This document shows positions 1 through 10,057 of a stretch of DNA of 64,000 nucleotides, in pieces. The stretch covers positions 195,244-259,243 of the forward strand of contig JBAZKC010000001.1 of the NCBI GenBank assembly GCA_041651035.1, given 5' to 3'. The notes below the pieces were generated by a model that was given only the letters and a program-made list of their open reading frames with translations, searched no databases and was not told the DNA's origin. Each line of letters begins with the position of its first letter. Position 1 is the first letter of the stretch. The position numbers and the translations under genes are program-made. The DNA is from Candidatus Omnitrophota bacterium (GTDB lineage: Bacteria > Omnitrophota > Gorgyraeia > Gygaellales > Profunditerraquicolaceae).

Positions 1-693
1 CTGTTTTGCCTTGCGCCTGCTGTTTAAGATATTCTCCGCGGACAGGATCTTTTTTACTTCCATGGCCACCTGCTTGGCGGAATCTATTAATATGACATTT
101 TCACCCATCACCTCTTTAATGACCGGCTTAAGCAAAGGATAGTGCGTGCAGCCTAAGATCACGGTATCTACGCCCGCGCGTTTTAACGGCTTAAGATACT
201 CCCGGGCCACATCCATGACCACATTCCCCTTAAGCCAGCCCTCCTCGACAAAAGGCACAAACAGCGGGCAGGCAACCGCGGTAACCTTAATTCCAGGATC
301 AAGTTGTTTTATTTCTTTTTCATAGGCAAGGCTCTTTATGGTGCCTTTCGTGCCGATAACGCCGATGCGTTTATTTTGCGTAGCGTAAACCGCTTCTCTT
401 ACTCCCGGGCCAAGCACGCCTATAATAGGAATCCTGAAGTGGCTCTTTATGACCGGCAGGGCAAAACTTGATACGGTATTACAGGCAACGCATATAAGCT
501 TTACATCCTGTTTAAGCAAAAATAAGATATTCTCTATGGAAAAACGGATCACCGTCTCTTTTGATTTTATACCGTAAGGCACGCGGGCGGTATCTCCGAA
601 ATAAACTATATTTTCATAAGGGAGCTGATGGATCAATTCTTTGACCACCGTAAGCCCCCCGACCCCTGAATCAAATACCCCTATCGGCTTCAT
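1..693 (-). CDS. murI: glutamate racemase, 3' end runs off window (start ATG at 693)
   Basis: reverse-strand translation MKPIGVFDSGVGGLTVVKEL...YFGDTARVPYG matches MurI N-terminus; ATGA overlap with upstream gene stop. Confidence 0.85.
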   Translation of the reverse strand, partial: MKPIGVFDSGVGGLTVVKELIHQLPYENIVYFGDTARVPYGIKSKETVIRFSIENILFLLKQDVKLICVACNTVSSFALPVIKSHFRIPIIGVLGPGVREAVYATQNKRIGVIGTKGTIKSLAYEKEIKQLDPGIKVTAVACPLFVPFVEEGWLKGNVVMDVAREYLKPLKRAGVDTVILGCTHYPLLKPVIKEVMGENVILIDSAKQVAMEVKKILSAENILNSRRKAKQ

Positions 694-1799
694 TTGTTAG
701 CGGCCTCCACTATAACCAGGTCGTCGGCATAATCACGTATCCCTTCCATTATGCTCTCTGCTATCCTCTGGCGGTAATAACTGTTCTTCAACATACGTTC
801 TTCATTATAATTTGACAAAAAACCGACTTCCACCAATACCGCCGGTATACGCGCGTTCCTTAATACTTCGTAACGCGCGCCTTTAACCCCTAAAACACGG
901 GCATTCAAATTACTGGAAGCGGCCCGGCATATGGACTGGGCTAACTCTATTGATTCGGCGCGGCCGGAAGTATAGATCATGTCCCAGAGTATCGCTTTCA
1001 GGTTTAAAGACTGGCTGTCAAAACAGGCATTATTTAAATTCAACGGCGCGTTACCGGCAGAGGCGAAAGCGCGCTTAGAATCGCTTACGCTGGGAGAAAC
1101 ATAATACACCTCAAAACCGCTCAAGCTCCTTACGCGGTTGGCGTTAGAATGTAGGCTCAGGAAAAAATCTGCCCCGGAATCATTGGTTATTTCTACCCGC
1201 CTGGGAAGAGGGATAAACCTGTCGCTAGCGCGGGTCATAACTACTTCTACTCCTTCGCCGCGCAGCAGGTTACTCAACCTTTTAGCTATGTCTAAATTAA
1301 CGTCTTTTTCTCTTAGCCCCGTTGTCCGGCCAATCGCGCCGGGATCATTTCCGCCGTGGCCGGCATCAACCACTACTCTTCTGATCTTTAAGGAAGATAA
1401 AGCGGGCCTGCCCGTAGGATAAACCTCTTTAAACAAGCTGTCTAAAACCTGTTCTTTAAATTTATAAGGCGCTACTACTGTGCCCTGATAAATATCCGCC
1501 GGATTACTGATATACCGGGGAACTCCGTCTATCAAGACGAGATTGTCGCCGACTCTCATGCTTATCCTATGCGAGCCCTTGCTTAACGAGACTACCCGGG
1601 TAAATGTATCATATTTCCAATCTATATTTTTTAGTTCGGCATAAGAGAACAAAGGAAAATAAGCCATGCCGTTTATATTATAAGAGGGCAACGCCATCTT
1701 TGCAGGAACAGTAGCGCAGCCAAATATAGTCAGGAAATAAAAAACAGGAAGCAAGGCTACGGCCCAAAACTTAAATTTTTTGAAAATAGTATTTAACAT
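690..1799 (-). CDS. N-acetylmuramoyl-L-alanine amidase (Amidase_3 family), signal/TM N-terminus
   Basis: motifs VVVDAGHGGNDPGA, DVNLDIAKRL, FLSLHSNA typical of AmiC-type amidases. Confidence 0.8.
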   Translation of the reverse strand: MLNTIFKKFKFWAVALLPVFYFLTIFGCATVPAKMALPSYNINGMAYFPLFSYAELKNIDWKYDTFTRVVSLSKGSHRISMRVGDNLVLIDGVPRYISNPADIYQGTVVAPYKFKEQVLDSLFKEVYPTGRPALSSLKIRRVVVDAGHGGNDPGAIGRTTGLREKDVNLDIAKRLSNLLRGEGVEVVMTRASDRFIPLPRRVEITNDSGADFFLSLHSNANRVRSLSGFEVYYVSPSVSDSKRAFASAGNAPLNLNNACFDSQSLNLKAILWDMIYTSGRAESIELAQSICRAASSNLNARVLGVKGARYEVLRNARIPAVLVEVGFLSNYNEERMLKNSYYRQRIAESIMEGIRDYADDLVIVEAANK

Positions 1800-1943
1800 T
1801 TAATACCGTAGTCCTTTGGATGTTTTAGTGGTGGTGCCGTACTCACTGTTTTGTACTTGCGCTCGGGGTGGCGCTTGTCGCGCTGTTTACCATATTGCTC
1901 CGGCTCATACAGCTTACGTTCCGTAAGCTGTGGGCTCATTAAG

Positions 1944-2330
1944 TGGAGGTGGGCGGAATTGAACCGCCGTCCTTAAGTAATCCGATAAAAACCGCTACAT
2001 GCTTAGACTGTCATTTATGCTTTGGCTTACCACTCCGACAGACAAGATTGAATAAGCTGCAACCCTAATTGTCTTGCCATCCATCCTAGGGCAAAATGGA
2101 CAGCCAGCTCATTAGTGCTCTATTCTATCCTATGAGCAAGGACAGATAGAGGCTTCGGACTTAATTAAGCCCGAAGGCTGGAATGAACGCCGGCCTTACG
2201 GCCATTGTTCCCGCTAAACGGTTGTTTACGCTTGCGTTTATATTGTGCACGGATTATTAACGCGGCTAACCATGCGTCCGCGGCATGCTGTTCTTATCCG
2301 ACTAACCTAAGTCGAACCCATTTCACCCCC
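1944..2330 (-). ncRNA. ssrA: tmRNA (SsrA), CCA not encoded
   Basis: minus-strand 5' GGGGGUGAAAUGGGUUCGACUUAGG and 3' GGACGGCGGUUCAAUUCCGCCCACCUCCA-A match tmRNA tRNA-like domain; acceptor 5' GGGGGUG pairs 3' CACCUCC; adjacent to smpB. Confidence 0.8.
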
Positions 2331-2447
2331 GATTTTCTGTCTATTACTTATCGGAAAATCGTCCCGCCGAGTATGCCAAAATTATCCGAGTTCCTTAAAA
2401 AGAATGAGGAAAATTCTGGCATATCTTACGAGGCGGGACAATAACAG

Positions 2448-2900
2448 TTATCTCCTATTCTTCATCATTCTGCGTATAGCCAAATCAGTTTCGCGGCGTT
2501 TTACATCTTCTCTTCTATCGTGGGTCTTTTTGCCCTTACAAATAGCGAGCTCTACCTTGACAAAACCACGGTCATTAAAATATAGTTTTAAAGGAACCAG
2601 CGTGTGCCCTTTTTGCACGAGCCGGCCGGCCATCTTCCTTATCTGGTTTCTATGCAAGAGCAGCTTCCTGCTCCTGGTAGATTCAACATTCAGGTAACTT
2701 GCCTCTGCGTAAGGGCTTATGTGCGTATTGTATAATATAACTTCATTACCCTCGACACGGGCAAAGCTATCGTTTAGGCTTACATTGCCGGCCCTGACTG
2801 ATTTTACCTCACTGCCTTTTAATTCTATGCCGGCTTCCATAGTCTCTAAGATATCATAGTCTCTACCGGCTTTCCTGTTGGCAGCGATAATCTTAGTCAT
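2448..2900 (-). CDS. smpB: SsrA-binding protein SmpB
   Basis: 150 aa, GIELKGSEVKS...LLLHRNQIRKM typical SmpB; adjacent tmRNA. Confidence 0.9.
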   Translation of the reverse strand: MTKIIAANRKAGRDYDILETMEAGIELKGSEVKSVRAGNVSLNDSFARVEGNEVILYNTHISPYAEASYLNVESTRSRKLLLHRNQIRKMAGRLVQKGHTLVPLKLYFNDRGFVKVELAICKGKKTHDRREDVKRRETDLAIRRMMKNRR

Positions 2901-3853
2901 CTTAGCATATTTCTCATAAAATATAAACTTAAAAACACGGGTATCGTAAATATGCTTATGATATGGCCGATCAATATCCCCTGGCTGATAAGCAGGTCTT
3001 CTTTATTATAGTGGCGGGTTATTACCGATAGTAAGGTAGCCGGCGGCATGGCTAATTGCATTACGATCAACAGGCCGATCAATTCAGGCAATTGGAATTT
3101 TATAATCAAGAAAATACCTACAGCCGGCAGAACTACCAATTTCAACATGCTCATCAGAAAAATAGCCTTTTTACTGACTCGGGCAATGTGTATTTCAGCA
3201 AGGCTGCCTCCTACTACAAACATAGCCAAAGGCAGGGTGCAGTCGCCTATCATCCGCAGCGGCTTCAAGAACTGCGCCGCAACAAAGTGATTCAACCCGG
3301 AGGCAACAAACAAAAGGCTTATTATCGTAGCTACTACCGGCGGGCTGAACAAACTTCCCAGCTCAAATTTCTTATTCTTATGGAAGTTGATTATATGTAC
3401 TCCCAACGAAAACATCACCACATTAAATCCTGAAAGGAACAAAAACAAATATATGAACATTGCCCCCATCTTTTCCTGCGGCAGGAGCGATGCTGATAAA
3501 ACCAGAGGCAAATATCCTGAATTCTGGAACGTAACCAGGCTCAAGAATTGCAGTTTATGTTGAGGGCCCTTAATAAATCCCGAGAACAAAAGCGCTAATA
3601 GCAGGCCTATGGCGGTTATAGCCATGCTTAACAAAGGAAAAATCCACCAATCCGGATAGAGACTGAATTTAAAATCGCTGATAAGCTGACAAAATATCAG
3701 CAACGGCAAAGTAACCTCTATTACCAGGCGGCTTAAGGCATTTAATCCCTCGGTTTTTAAAATATTCTTCTTAACCAGGAAATAGCCTATAGCTGCCAAG
3801 AGGAAACTCTGGGCCACTGCCACGCTGGTGATCTTAAAAGACTGCCAAAACAT
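2897..3853 (-). CDS. AEC-family (auxin efflux carrier-like) membrane transporter
   Basis: 318 aa, ~10 predicted TM helices, AEC-like topology. Confidence 0.55.
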   Translation of the reverse strand: MFWQSFKITSVAVAQSFLLAAIGYFLVKKNILKTEGLNALSRLVIEVTLPLLIFCQLISDFKFSLYPDWWIFPLLSMAITAIGLLLALLFSGFIKGPQHKLQFLSLVTFQNSGYLPLVLSASLLPQEKMGAMFIYLFLFLSGFNVVMFSLGVHIINFHKNKKFELGSLFSPPVVATIISLLFVASGLNHFVAAQFLKPLRMIGDCTLPLAMFVVGGSLAEIHIARVSKKAIFLMSMLKLVVLPAVGIFLIIKFQLPELIGLLIVMQLAMPPATLLSVITRHYNKEDLLISQGILIGHIISIFTIPVFLSLYFMRNMLR

Positions 3854-3943
3854 ATGCCTCTCCCTCTTAAAGAATTATATTATAACAATAAAGGCCCTAA
3901 GCCGCAATTCTTTTATAATCGCCGCGGCCTCCTTATAATGGGA

Positions 3944-3972
3944 TTGACAGAATTATAGCGGTAGGTTATACT
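3944..3972 (+). promoter_or_regulatory. sigma70-type promoter for tRNA-Leu (TTGACA-17-TATACT)
   Basis: TTGACA at 3944-3949, 17-nt spacer, TATACT at 3967-3972, 13 nt upstream of tRNA 5' end. Confidence 0.5.
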
Positions 3973-3985
3973 GAATTTCAATATT

Positions 3986-4066
3986 GCGGAAGTGGCGGAA
4001 TGGCATACGCGCACGTCTCAGAAGCGTGTGGGGTAACCCTTGAGGGTTCAACTCCCTCCTTCCGCA
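3986..4066 (+). tRNA. tRNA-Leu(CAG), type II (13-nt variable arm), CCA not encoded
   Basis: acceptor GCGGAAG/CTTCCGC, anticodon loop CUCAGAA, T arm GAGGG-TTCAACT-CCCTC, discriminator A. Confidence 0.85.
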
Positions 4067-4109
4067 CTAAATTGGCTTTGGCGTTCTTCAAAAAAAAGAG
4101 AAATAGAAT

Positions 4110-5108
4110 ATGCTTACAAAAGGATACGGGAAACTAAAATCCTCGTTTTTGCCGTTCTTTTTTGTCAGCCTGTTTGTTTCTTTAAACGCTTACGCGGACG
4201 ATACAAAAGCCCTATCCCTAAAAGCCCAGGCCCAGGATCAGGCAATAGAAGCAGCGCAGGAAGAATTCGACCCTTCAGCCGATGATTACCGGCAAAGATT
4301 AAGAAGAACAGTGTCAATGCCGGAAGAATATTTCCCTAACGAAATAGATTATTACATGCGGTATGTACCTTCGCGGGGAGCAAGTTCGCAATCAGGCAGC
4401 GTAGCAATAACTGATTCGGGAGCGGAATATAGCTATGAGCTCAAGGCCTTTGGGAAGCTTCCGGTCCAGTTTGGCGTAAGCACCGAGTATATAGGGGTAA
4501 AAAACAGCACTGCTGTCCAGCTTCCGGCCTATTTAACTTCTACGTCCTTTGGCGTAGAAACCACCCTGCCTTTCTTTGGAGTCGATAAAACTTATTTTAC
4601 TCTAGCCCTTGCTCCAACAATATCCACTGATAACTGGAATTTCCGTTCTTCGGCTTTCAGCCTGCTTCAACGCTATTTTCTGATACATCAGCCGAACGAA
4701 AAGTGGACTTTTATCTGTGGGGCGGCGGTATGGCCGGGTTACGAAGACGAGGTCCTGCCGATAGTAGGATTTATTTATAAACCAAATGATAAATGGACTT
4801 TTAACATTATACCAAAGGGGCCGGAAATTTCTTACGCCATGACCGAAAAACTTACGGTTTTCGGAGAAGGGGATATGTCCGGATATGAATTTGTAGTTAC
4901 TCAAGACGATCACAAGAATGTCAGGCTTGAATATAATGAAATACACGCAGGCGGCGGCCTCAGGTATAAGCCTAACAAAAATGTCAATGCCTCCGTTTCA
5001 ATAGGAGGCATGTTTAACCGTTCCCTGAAATACCGCCCAGACAGCCTGGGTAAGGTCGTGATCAAAGACGGTTTATATAGCGCATTCAGGCTGGAACTTT
5101 ATTTCTAG
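4110..5108 (+). CDS. secreted outer-membrane beta-barrel-like protein of unknown function
   Basis: N-terminal signal peptide; C-terminal ...FRLELYF ending in Phe (OMP beta-signal). Confidence 0.4.
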   Translation: MLTKGYGKLKSSFLPFFFVSLFVSLNAYADDTKALSLKAQAQDQAIEAAQEEFDPSADDYRQRLRRTVSMPEEYFPNEIDYYMRYVPSRGASSQSGSVAITDSGAEYSYELKAFGKLPVQFGVSTEYIGVKNSTAVQLPAYLTSTSFGVETTLPFFGVDKTYFTLALAPTISTDNWNFRSSAFSLLQRYFLIHQPNEKWTFICGAAVWPGYEDEVLPIVGFIYKPNDKWTFNIIPKGPEISYAMTEKLTVFGEGDMSGYEFVVTQDDHKNVRLEYNEIHAGGGLRYKPNKNVNASVSIGGMFNRSLKYRPDSLGKVVIKDGLYSAFRLELYF

Positions 5109-5118
5109 TATTATTATT

Positions 5119-6303
5119 TTAAGCCGCTTCATGCTTGAACCAGGCCCGGGTATTTAAACAAAACCTTACCAGCATCAGCATCACCGGAACTTCTATCAAA
5201 ACCCCGACTACTGTCGCTAAAGCAGCTCCCGAGGAAAGCCCGAAAACAATAGTGGCTGTGGCGATGGCGACTTCAAAATGGTTACTCGCCCCGATCATGG
5301 CAGATGGTGCCGCGTCTTCATAACTAAAATTCAATTTCTTTGCCAGCCAATAAGTGACCCCGAAAATTAAACAGGTCTGGATAAAAAGCGGAATGGCGAT
5401 CCAGAGGATCGTCTGCGGCCGCGAGAGGATCATCTCTCCTTTAAAAGAAAACAAAAGCACGAGCGTAAAAAGCAGCGCGATGATCGAAACCGGAGTCAGA
5501 AGATGAAGAAACTTACGCCTAAACCATTCCTCGCCTTTTCTTGATATTACCAATTCCCGCGAGAAATATCCCGCGACAAGCGGCAAAGCCACATAAACGG
5601 CTATAGATAAAAGCAGCGCCTGCCAGGGGACCGGCATCTTCCCTATCCCTAAAAGAAAACCGCCTAATATCCCGTAGAGAAACAACATGGATAAGGAATT
5701 AATGGCTACCATAACCAGAGTATGGCCGTCATTGCCTTTTGATAAAAATCCCCACACTAAAACCATGGCTGTGCAAGGAGCGATACCAAGCAGGATACAA
5801 CCGGCAAAATAACTCCGCCACAACGGGACCGAAAGCATCCTCATCCCTTCGTGCATAACTACAGTTCCTGCTCCATGGATAGACCCCAGAGACCAATCGG
5901 CACCCGGAGGTAATTTAACAAAATCAATCGCGTTATTCCCAATCAAGCCTTTAAACAAAACGCCCAGGAATAGATACGCGATGGCGTACATCGTAAAAGG
6001 TTTGATCGCCCAATTCACAAAAAGGGTAAGACCAACCGGCTTAGGAGATTTGCCCGCCTTAATCACTTCGGTAAAATCTATCTTGACCATGATGGGATAC
6101 ATCATAAAAAACAAGCAGATTGCTATCGGTATGGAAATAACCGGAGCTCCGTTTATATTAACAGACATACTATCAAGGAACTTGGCCGCCTGCGGAGCAA
6201 TTTTACCAAGGATAATGCCTGAAGCGATACATATAAAAACCCACAATGTCAGGTATTTTTCAAAAAAGCCCAGATTTCTTTCTTCGCGGACGGTTTTCTC
6301 CAT
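5119..6303 (-). CDS. acr3: arsenite efflux transporter, ACR3 family
   Basis: 394 aa, ~10 TM, ACR3-like segments incl. [13 protein letters not shown]. Confidence 0.85.
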   Translation of the reverse strand: MEKTVREERNLGFFEKYLTLWVFICIASGIILGKIAPQAAKFLDSMSVNINGAPVISIPIAICLFFMMYPIMVKIDFTEVIKAGKSPKPVGLTLFVNWAIKPFTMYAIAYLFLGVLFKGLIGNNAIDFVKLPPGADWSLGSIHGAGTVVMHEGMRMLSVPLWRSYFAGCILLGIAPCTAMVLVWGFLSKGNDGHTLVMVAINSLSMLFLYGILGGFLLGIGKMPVPWQALLLSIAVYVALPLVAGYFSRELVISRKGEEWFRRKFLHLLTPVSIIALLFTLVLLFSFKGEMILSRPQTILWIAIPLFIQTCLIFGVTYWLAKKLNFSYEDAAPSAMIGASNHFEVAIATATIVFGLSSGAALATVVGVLIEVPVMLMLVRFCLNTRAWFKHEAA

Positions 6304-6347
6304 ATACGCCTCCTCAGGAAATTATGTCTTTATTTATAAGATTCTTT

Positions 6348-7037
6348 TTAGAAAAGCGTTAAAATATAAATACCTACGTAATATACACCCGCCAGAACAA
6401 AAATAATCCCGGTAATCTTTCGAGTATAGTATTCAAGCCGCCTGATCCTATGAAACCAATGGCTAAAGGATGTCACGCCCAAAGCGATGGCAACAGCAAA
6501 TACAAGAACCGGTAGCCCGGTGCCAATTCCGTAAATAAATGGCAGGACAATACCACTTTTACTGTTAATCGCTAAAGGAATAAGGCTCCCAAAGAATAAC
6601 GCTGCCGAAATTGGGCAAAACGCCAGAGCAAAAATAAAACCAAGCAAAAAAGCACCTGGCGCGCCGGATTCTGCAAGCTTATTATGATGCTTTTGTGAAA
6701 GCGAGAGTCCCGGCAAACGAATAGTAATTATCTCAAGTAATATGAGCCCAGTAAAAATTAACAGCGGGCCCAAAGCTTTGCTCATATATTTCTGTAAGAA
6801 CTGCGCAACCTGAGGAACGCTTAAAAGAGAACTGATTATAATCCATCCTAAAATTGCATAAGAAACCATCCGCCCTAGCGTATACGCTAATCCTGAAACA
6901 AACACAAGCGCCGGATGGGTAATTTTCTTTGACAAAAAGGAAACGGCAGCCACGTTGCTGGCCAAAGGGCACGGGCTAATGGATGTCAGAATCCCCAGCC
7001 ACAATGCTGACGCAAAACCTATCCATATCTCTGTCAT
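6348..7037 (-). CDS. CcdA/DsbD-transmembrane-domain family thiol-disulfide transporter
   Basis: 229 aa, 6 TM, SPCP motif in TM1 as in CcdA; overlaps next gene (ATGA-type overlap at 7034-7037). Confidence 0.55.
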   Translation of the reverse strand: MTEIWIGFASALWLGILTSISPCPLASNVAAVSFLSKKITHPALVFVSGLAYTLGRMVSYAILGWIIISSLLSVPQVAQFLQKYMSKALGPLLIFTGLILLEIITIRLPGLSLSQKHHNKLAESGAPGAFLLGFIFALAFCPISAALFFGSLIPLAINSKSGIVLPFIYGIGTGLPVLVFAVAIALGVTSFSHWFHRIRRLEYYTRKITGIIFVLAGVYYVGIYILTLF

Positions 7038-7460
7038 TGAGCTTCCTTCAATAAATCAGCAACCCCGCTCTTTACATAATCAATAAATCTCTGCTTATTG
7101 CCAACATACTCCCAAATCTTATCAAGATTTATCCATTTTGTTTCTTTACCATCCTTGATCAATGATAAAATAAGTGACTTTGTGTAAAGCTGGTAATCCT
7201 TTGTATAATGTTGGTTGCCTTTGTCTTCCACATTAATAACTTTAAACTCCAGCTTTCCGGACGCAAGCGCATCTTTGAAATTAGCTTCTATCGCTTCTCT
7301 TGAATACTGCTCCAGTTTATGACAGGTAGTACAGCGAAATGTTCCGTGAAAATAATACGCCCTGACCTTGCTGTTTAATAGCTCTTCCGCGGCAAAAGAA
7401 GAATCTGTGCTAATACTAGCCAGTACAACAACCAGAAGAATGAGAAGTATTCTTTTCAGC
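7034..7460 (-). CDS. periplasmic thioredoxin-fold CxxC protein (signal peptide, FRCTTCHK); start non-canonical (CUG after AAGGAGG) or misplaced
   Basis: ORF continues upstream of the first ATG (7231) with a clear signal peptide KRILLILLVVVLASIS; no ATG/GTG/TTG in frame; SD AAGGAGG 5 nt before CUG at 7460. Confidence 0.4.
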
Positions 7461-7703
7461 TTTACCTCCTTGGTTGACCAAAATATCTCTTATTTCATCC
7501 TTACTTAACACCTTACCAACCGATACAACATTGCCGTCAACCGCCAATGCCGGAGTCATCATCACACCATAATCAGTAATTTTGCCTATATCTGTCACTT
7601 TGGAAATCTCAGCTACTATATTGAGCTCTTTTACTGCAGCTTCTGCATTAGCAGCTAGCTGTTTGCATTTTGGACAACCTGCCCCTAAAATCTCGATTCT
7701 CAT
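7416..7703 (-). CDS. small thioredoxin-family protein (redox-active disulfide protein 2 type, GCPKC), extra C-terminal CC pair
   Basis: 95 aa, MRIEILGAGCPKCKQL..., typical of trx-like genes in ars clusters. Confidence 0.7.
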   Translation of the reverse strand: MRIEILGAGCPKCKQLAANAEAAVKELNIVAEISKVTDIGKITDYGVMMTPALAVDGNVVSVGKVLSKDEIRDILVNQGGKAEKNTSHSSGCCTG

Positions 7704-7719
7704 TTTCTCCTCCGTTATT

Positions 7720-8502
7720 TTATCTTTTTACGGCAGAAACTTTTATGCTGGCTACCGCACCCTCAACACCCTTAAGATTCTCAAACATAGCGTCCACAGG
7801 ATAATCAGAATGGCTGACTACCTTTACATTTTGAAAACCCGCCATTTTAATAAACTTTAAATATTCCTCTTTCTTAATGGCTCCGGCAAGGCAACCCACA
7901 TATGCCTCAACCGACTCTTTAATCGCATCCGGCAAATCTTTGACAAGCACTAAATCTGAAACCATCAGTCTGCCGCCAAGTTTTAATACTCTAAAAGCTT
8001 CCTTAAATACCTGTTCTTTATCAGGCGAAAGATTAATAACGCAATTTGATATAATTACATCTACCGAGCTATTATCCACCGGTAACTTTTCGATCTCTCC
8101 AAATCTGAATTCTACATTCGTATAATTGCCTTTTAGGGCAATCGCTTGGGCTTTTTCAATCATCTCCGGCGTCATATCAACGCCAATAACGCGGCCGGTC
8201 TTCCCGACTTTAGGAGAAGCGAGAAAAGCATCAAACCCCGCACCGCTTCCCAAATCAAGCACAACCTCTCCTTCTTTAAGCGAAGCTATGGCAACCGGAT
8301 TGCCGCACCCAAAACCCAAATTCGCGCCTTCAGGAACAGCGTTCATTTCCGCATCGCTATAGCCAACTACCTTGCTTATAGTTTTCGCCTGGTCTCTGCC
8401 TCCACAACAAGAATTTGTAGAACAACAGGAAGTATTCTGCGTAACCGCCTTGGCATAACCCTCTCTAACAATCTTCTTTATATCGCTTGTTTTTCTTTTC
8501 AT
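7720..8502 (-). CDS. arsM: arsenite S-adenosylmethionine methyltransferase
   Basis: SAM motif VLDLGSGAG, conserved Cys clusters (CCSTNSCCGG, GCGNP, SNCVINL) typical of ArsM. Confidence 0.85.
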   Translation of the reverse strand: MKRKTSDIKKIVREGYAKAVTQNTSCCSTNSCCGGRDQAKTISKVVGYSDAEMNAVPEGANLGFGCGNPVAIASLKEGEVVLDLGSGAGFDAFLASPKVGKTGRVIGVDMTPEMIEKAQAIALKGNYTNVEFRFGEIEKLPVDNSSVDVIISNCVINLSPDKEQVFKEAFRVLKLGGRLMVSDLVLVKDLPDAIKESVEAYVGCLAGAIKKEEYLKFIKMAGFQNVKVVSHSDYPVDAMFENLKGVEGAVASIKVSAVKR

Positions 8503-8516
8503 ACTGTACTCCGATC

Positions 8517-9692
8517 TTATTTAACTATGAATCCGAAAATCATTCCGCTTATAGTTGCCATAACCACAACCAAAGCCACATATACTGCGGTTTTCTTAGT
8601 TCCTATAATGCTTCGTAAAACAAGCATGCTTGGCAAGCTCAAGGCAGGCCCAGCTAAAAGTAACGCCAAAGCGGGTCCTTTGCCCATACCAGATCCAATC
8701 AATCCTTGTAAAATAGGAACCTCTGTAAGCGTGGCAAAATACATAAATGCCGCGACAATAGATGAAAAGAAATTTGCCCATAATGAATTACCGCCGACAA
8801 GCGCTGCGACAAAACGCGACGGGATCACTCCTTCGTGGCCTACCCTTCCTAAAAGGAACCCTGATACAAGTACCCCACCCAAAAGAAGTGGAAGAATTTG
8901 AAGAGCAAAACCCCATGTCGCATGAGTCCACTCCTTTAATTCATTCTTCTTGAACCACTTCAAAAGCATGACAACTAAGCTCACAAGAGATAATCCTGCA
9001 ATCCACCACTTATACTGATAAATTATTGACCAAATCCCATGATCACCTTCAAGCGGCTTGCCCCAGTTAGCAAATACGAGGAACACTACCATCGAAGCGA
9101 AATAAAGAACCGTTTTACCTAAAGAGCGGGTTTCTTTTACTTCGCCTACATTAAAATCTCCGTTTGCATGACGCGCCCTCTCTTCTTTTAAGAATATCAA
9201 ATGCATTAATAGGCCAATAACTACGCTGAATATCACAGCACCGATTGCCCTTGCCAGCCCTAACTGCCAGCCAAGGATACGCGCTGTCAGAATGATAGCT
9301 AAAACATTTATGGCAGGTCCGGAATAAAGAAACGCGATTGCAGGACCAAGGCCAGCGCCTCTTTTATATATACCGGAGAACAAAGGTAAAACCGTACACG
9401 AACAAACCGCCAAGATGGCCCCGGATACTGAAGCAACGCTGTAGGAAAGAAATTTATTCGCTTTAGCTCCAAAATACCTCAGGACAGACGCTTGACTAAC
9501 AAAAACCGATATCGCCCCTGCGATAAAAAATGCCGGGACAAGGCATAAAAGCACATGCTCCCGCGCGTACCATTTTACAAGAGCCAACGCCTCAAATATT
9601 GCGTTACTGAATCGTAAGTTTTCTACCGGTAGATAAAAACATGCTAAAAATGCCGCTACTATATAAATAAACTTTTTCCAGTCTTTCATTAC
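8517..9692 (-). CDS. arsP: ArsP-like permease (DUF318 family, organoarsenical efflux candidate)
   Basis: ~8 TM; AVCSCTVLP motif resembling ArsP Cys motif; start chosen at ATG 9692 overlapping upstream stop (alternative ATG at 9719). Confidence 0.55.
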   Translation of the reverse strand, partial: VMKDWKKFIYIVAAFLACFYLPVENLRFSNAIFEALALVKWYAREHVLLCLVPAFFIAGAISVFVSQASVLRYFGAKANKFLSYSVASVSGAILAVCSCTVLPLFSGIYKRGAGLGPAIAFLYSGPAINVLAIILTARILGWQLGLARAIGAVIFSVVIGLLMHLIFLKEERARHANGDFNVGEVKETRSLGKTVLYFASMVVFLVFANWGKPLEGDHGIWSIIYQYKWWIAGLSLVSLVVMLLKWFKKNELKEWTHATWGFALQILPLLLGGVLVSGFLLGRVGHEGVIPSRFVAALVGGNSLWANFFSSIVAAFMYFATLTEVPILQGLIGSGMGKGPALALLLAGPALSLPSMLVLRSIIGTKKTAVYVALVVVMATISGMIFGFIVK

Positions 9693-9991
9693 TTGCTCCT
9701 TCCTCCAATTTTGCAACAACCGCCCTCGATCCTGATCGCCTTAATGTTTACTAAACCATCGGCAACCTTGTTTTGGGCAGAGGTTAAAATCCTTGAAAAT
9801 GTCGGCCGTGAAATCTTCATGATCTTTGCGGCTTCAACTTGCTTTAACCCTTCAAGACAGGCAAGGCGCACAGCCTCGAATTCATCCAGAGTTAAACAAA
9901 CCACTTCTAATTTATTCAGAGGTTTGCATAACGGCTTAAAACACCGCTCACCCGGAACGCATTTTACCCACCTTGTCTTTTTTGGCCTCAT
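9689..9991 (-). CDS. DUF134 (UPF0251) family DNA-binding protein, first gene of ars operon, Cys-rich
   Basis: FKP..LEVVCLTLDEFEAVRLACLEGL..AAKIMKISRPTFSRIL..GLVNIKAIRIEGG matches DUF134 consensus; extra Cys at N-term and GGCC at C-term. Confidence 0.65.
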   Translation of the reverse strand: MRPKKTRWVKCVPGERCFKPLCKPLNKLEVVCLTLDEFEAVRLACLEGLKQVEAAKIMKISRPTFSRILTSAQNKVADGLVNIKAIRIEGGCCKIGGRSK

Positions 9992-10002
9992 TTTACCTTA
10001 AG

Positions 10003-10028
10003 TATTGTTATGAACATATGTTCATAAC
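10003..10028. promoter_or_regulatory. perfect 26-bp palindrome TTGTTATGAACATATGTTCATAACAA (candidate operator)
   Basis: read directly; sits immediately downstream of the putative -10 of the ars operon promoter, 12 bp upstream of the DUF134 start codon. Confidence 0.5.
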
Positions 10029-10029
10029 A

Positions 10030-10057
10030 ATTTTAACAGATTTATTCCGCTTGTCAA
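10030..10057 (-). promoter_or_regulatory. candidate sigma70 promoter of ars operon (TTGACA-16-TAAAAT on minus strand)
   Basis: minus-strand TTGACA (10052-10057) and TAAAAT (10030-10035). Confidence 0.4.

Noticed and set aside
2205-2697. ORFs 2205..2444(+) and 2404..2697(+)
   Set aside because: They lie within or antisense to the tmRNA gene and the smpB 3' end. They have no RBS and a low-complexity composition.
4040-4285. ORF 4040..4285(+) 81 aa
   Set aside because: It starts inside tRNA-Leu and overlaps the better-supported 4110..5108 gene in another frame.
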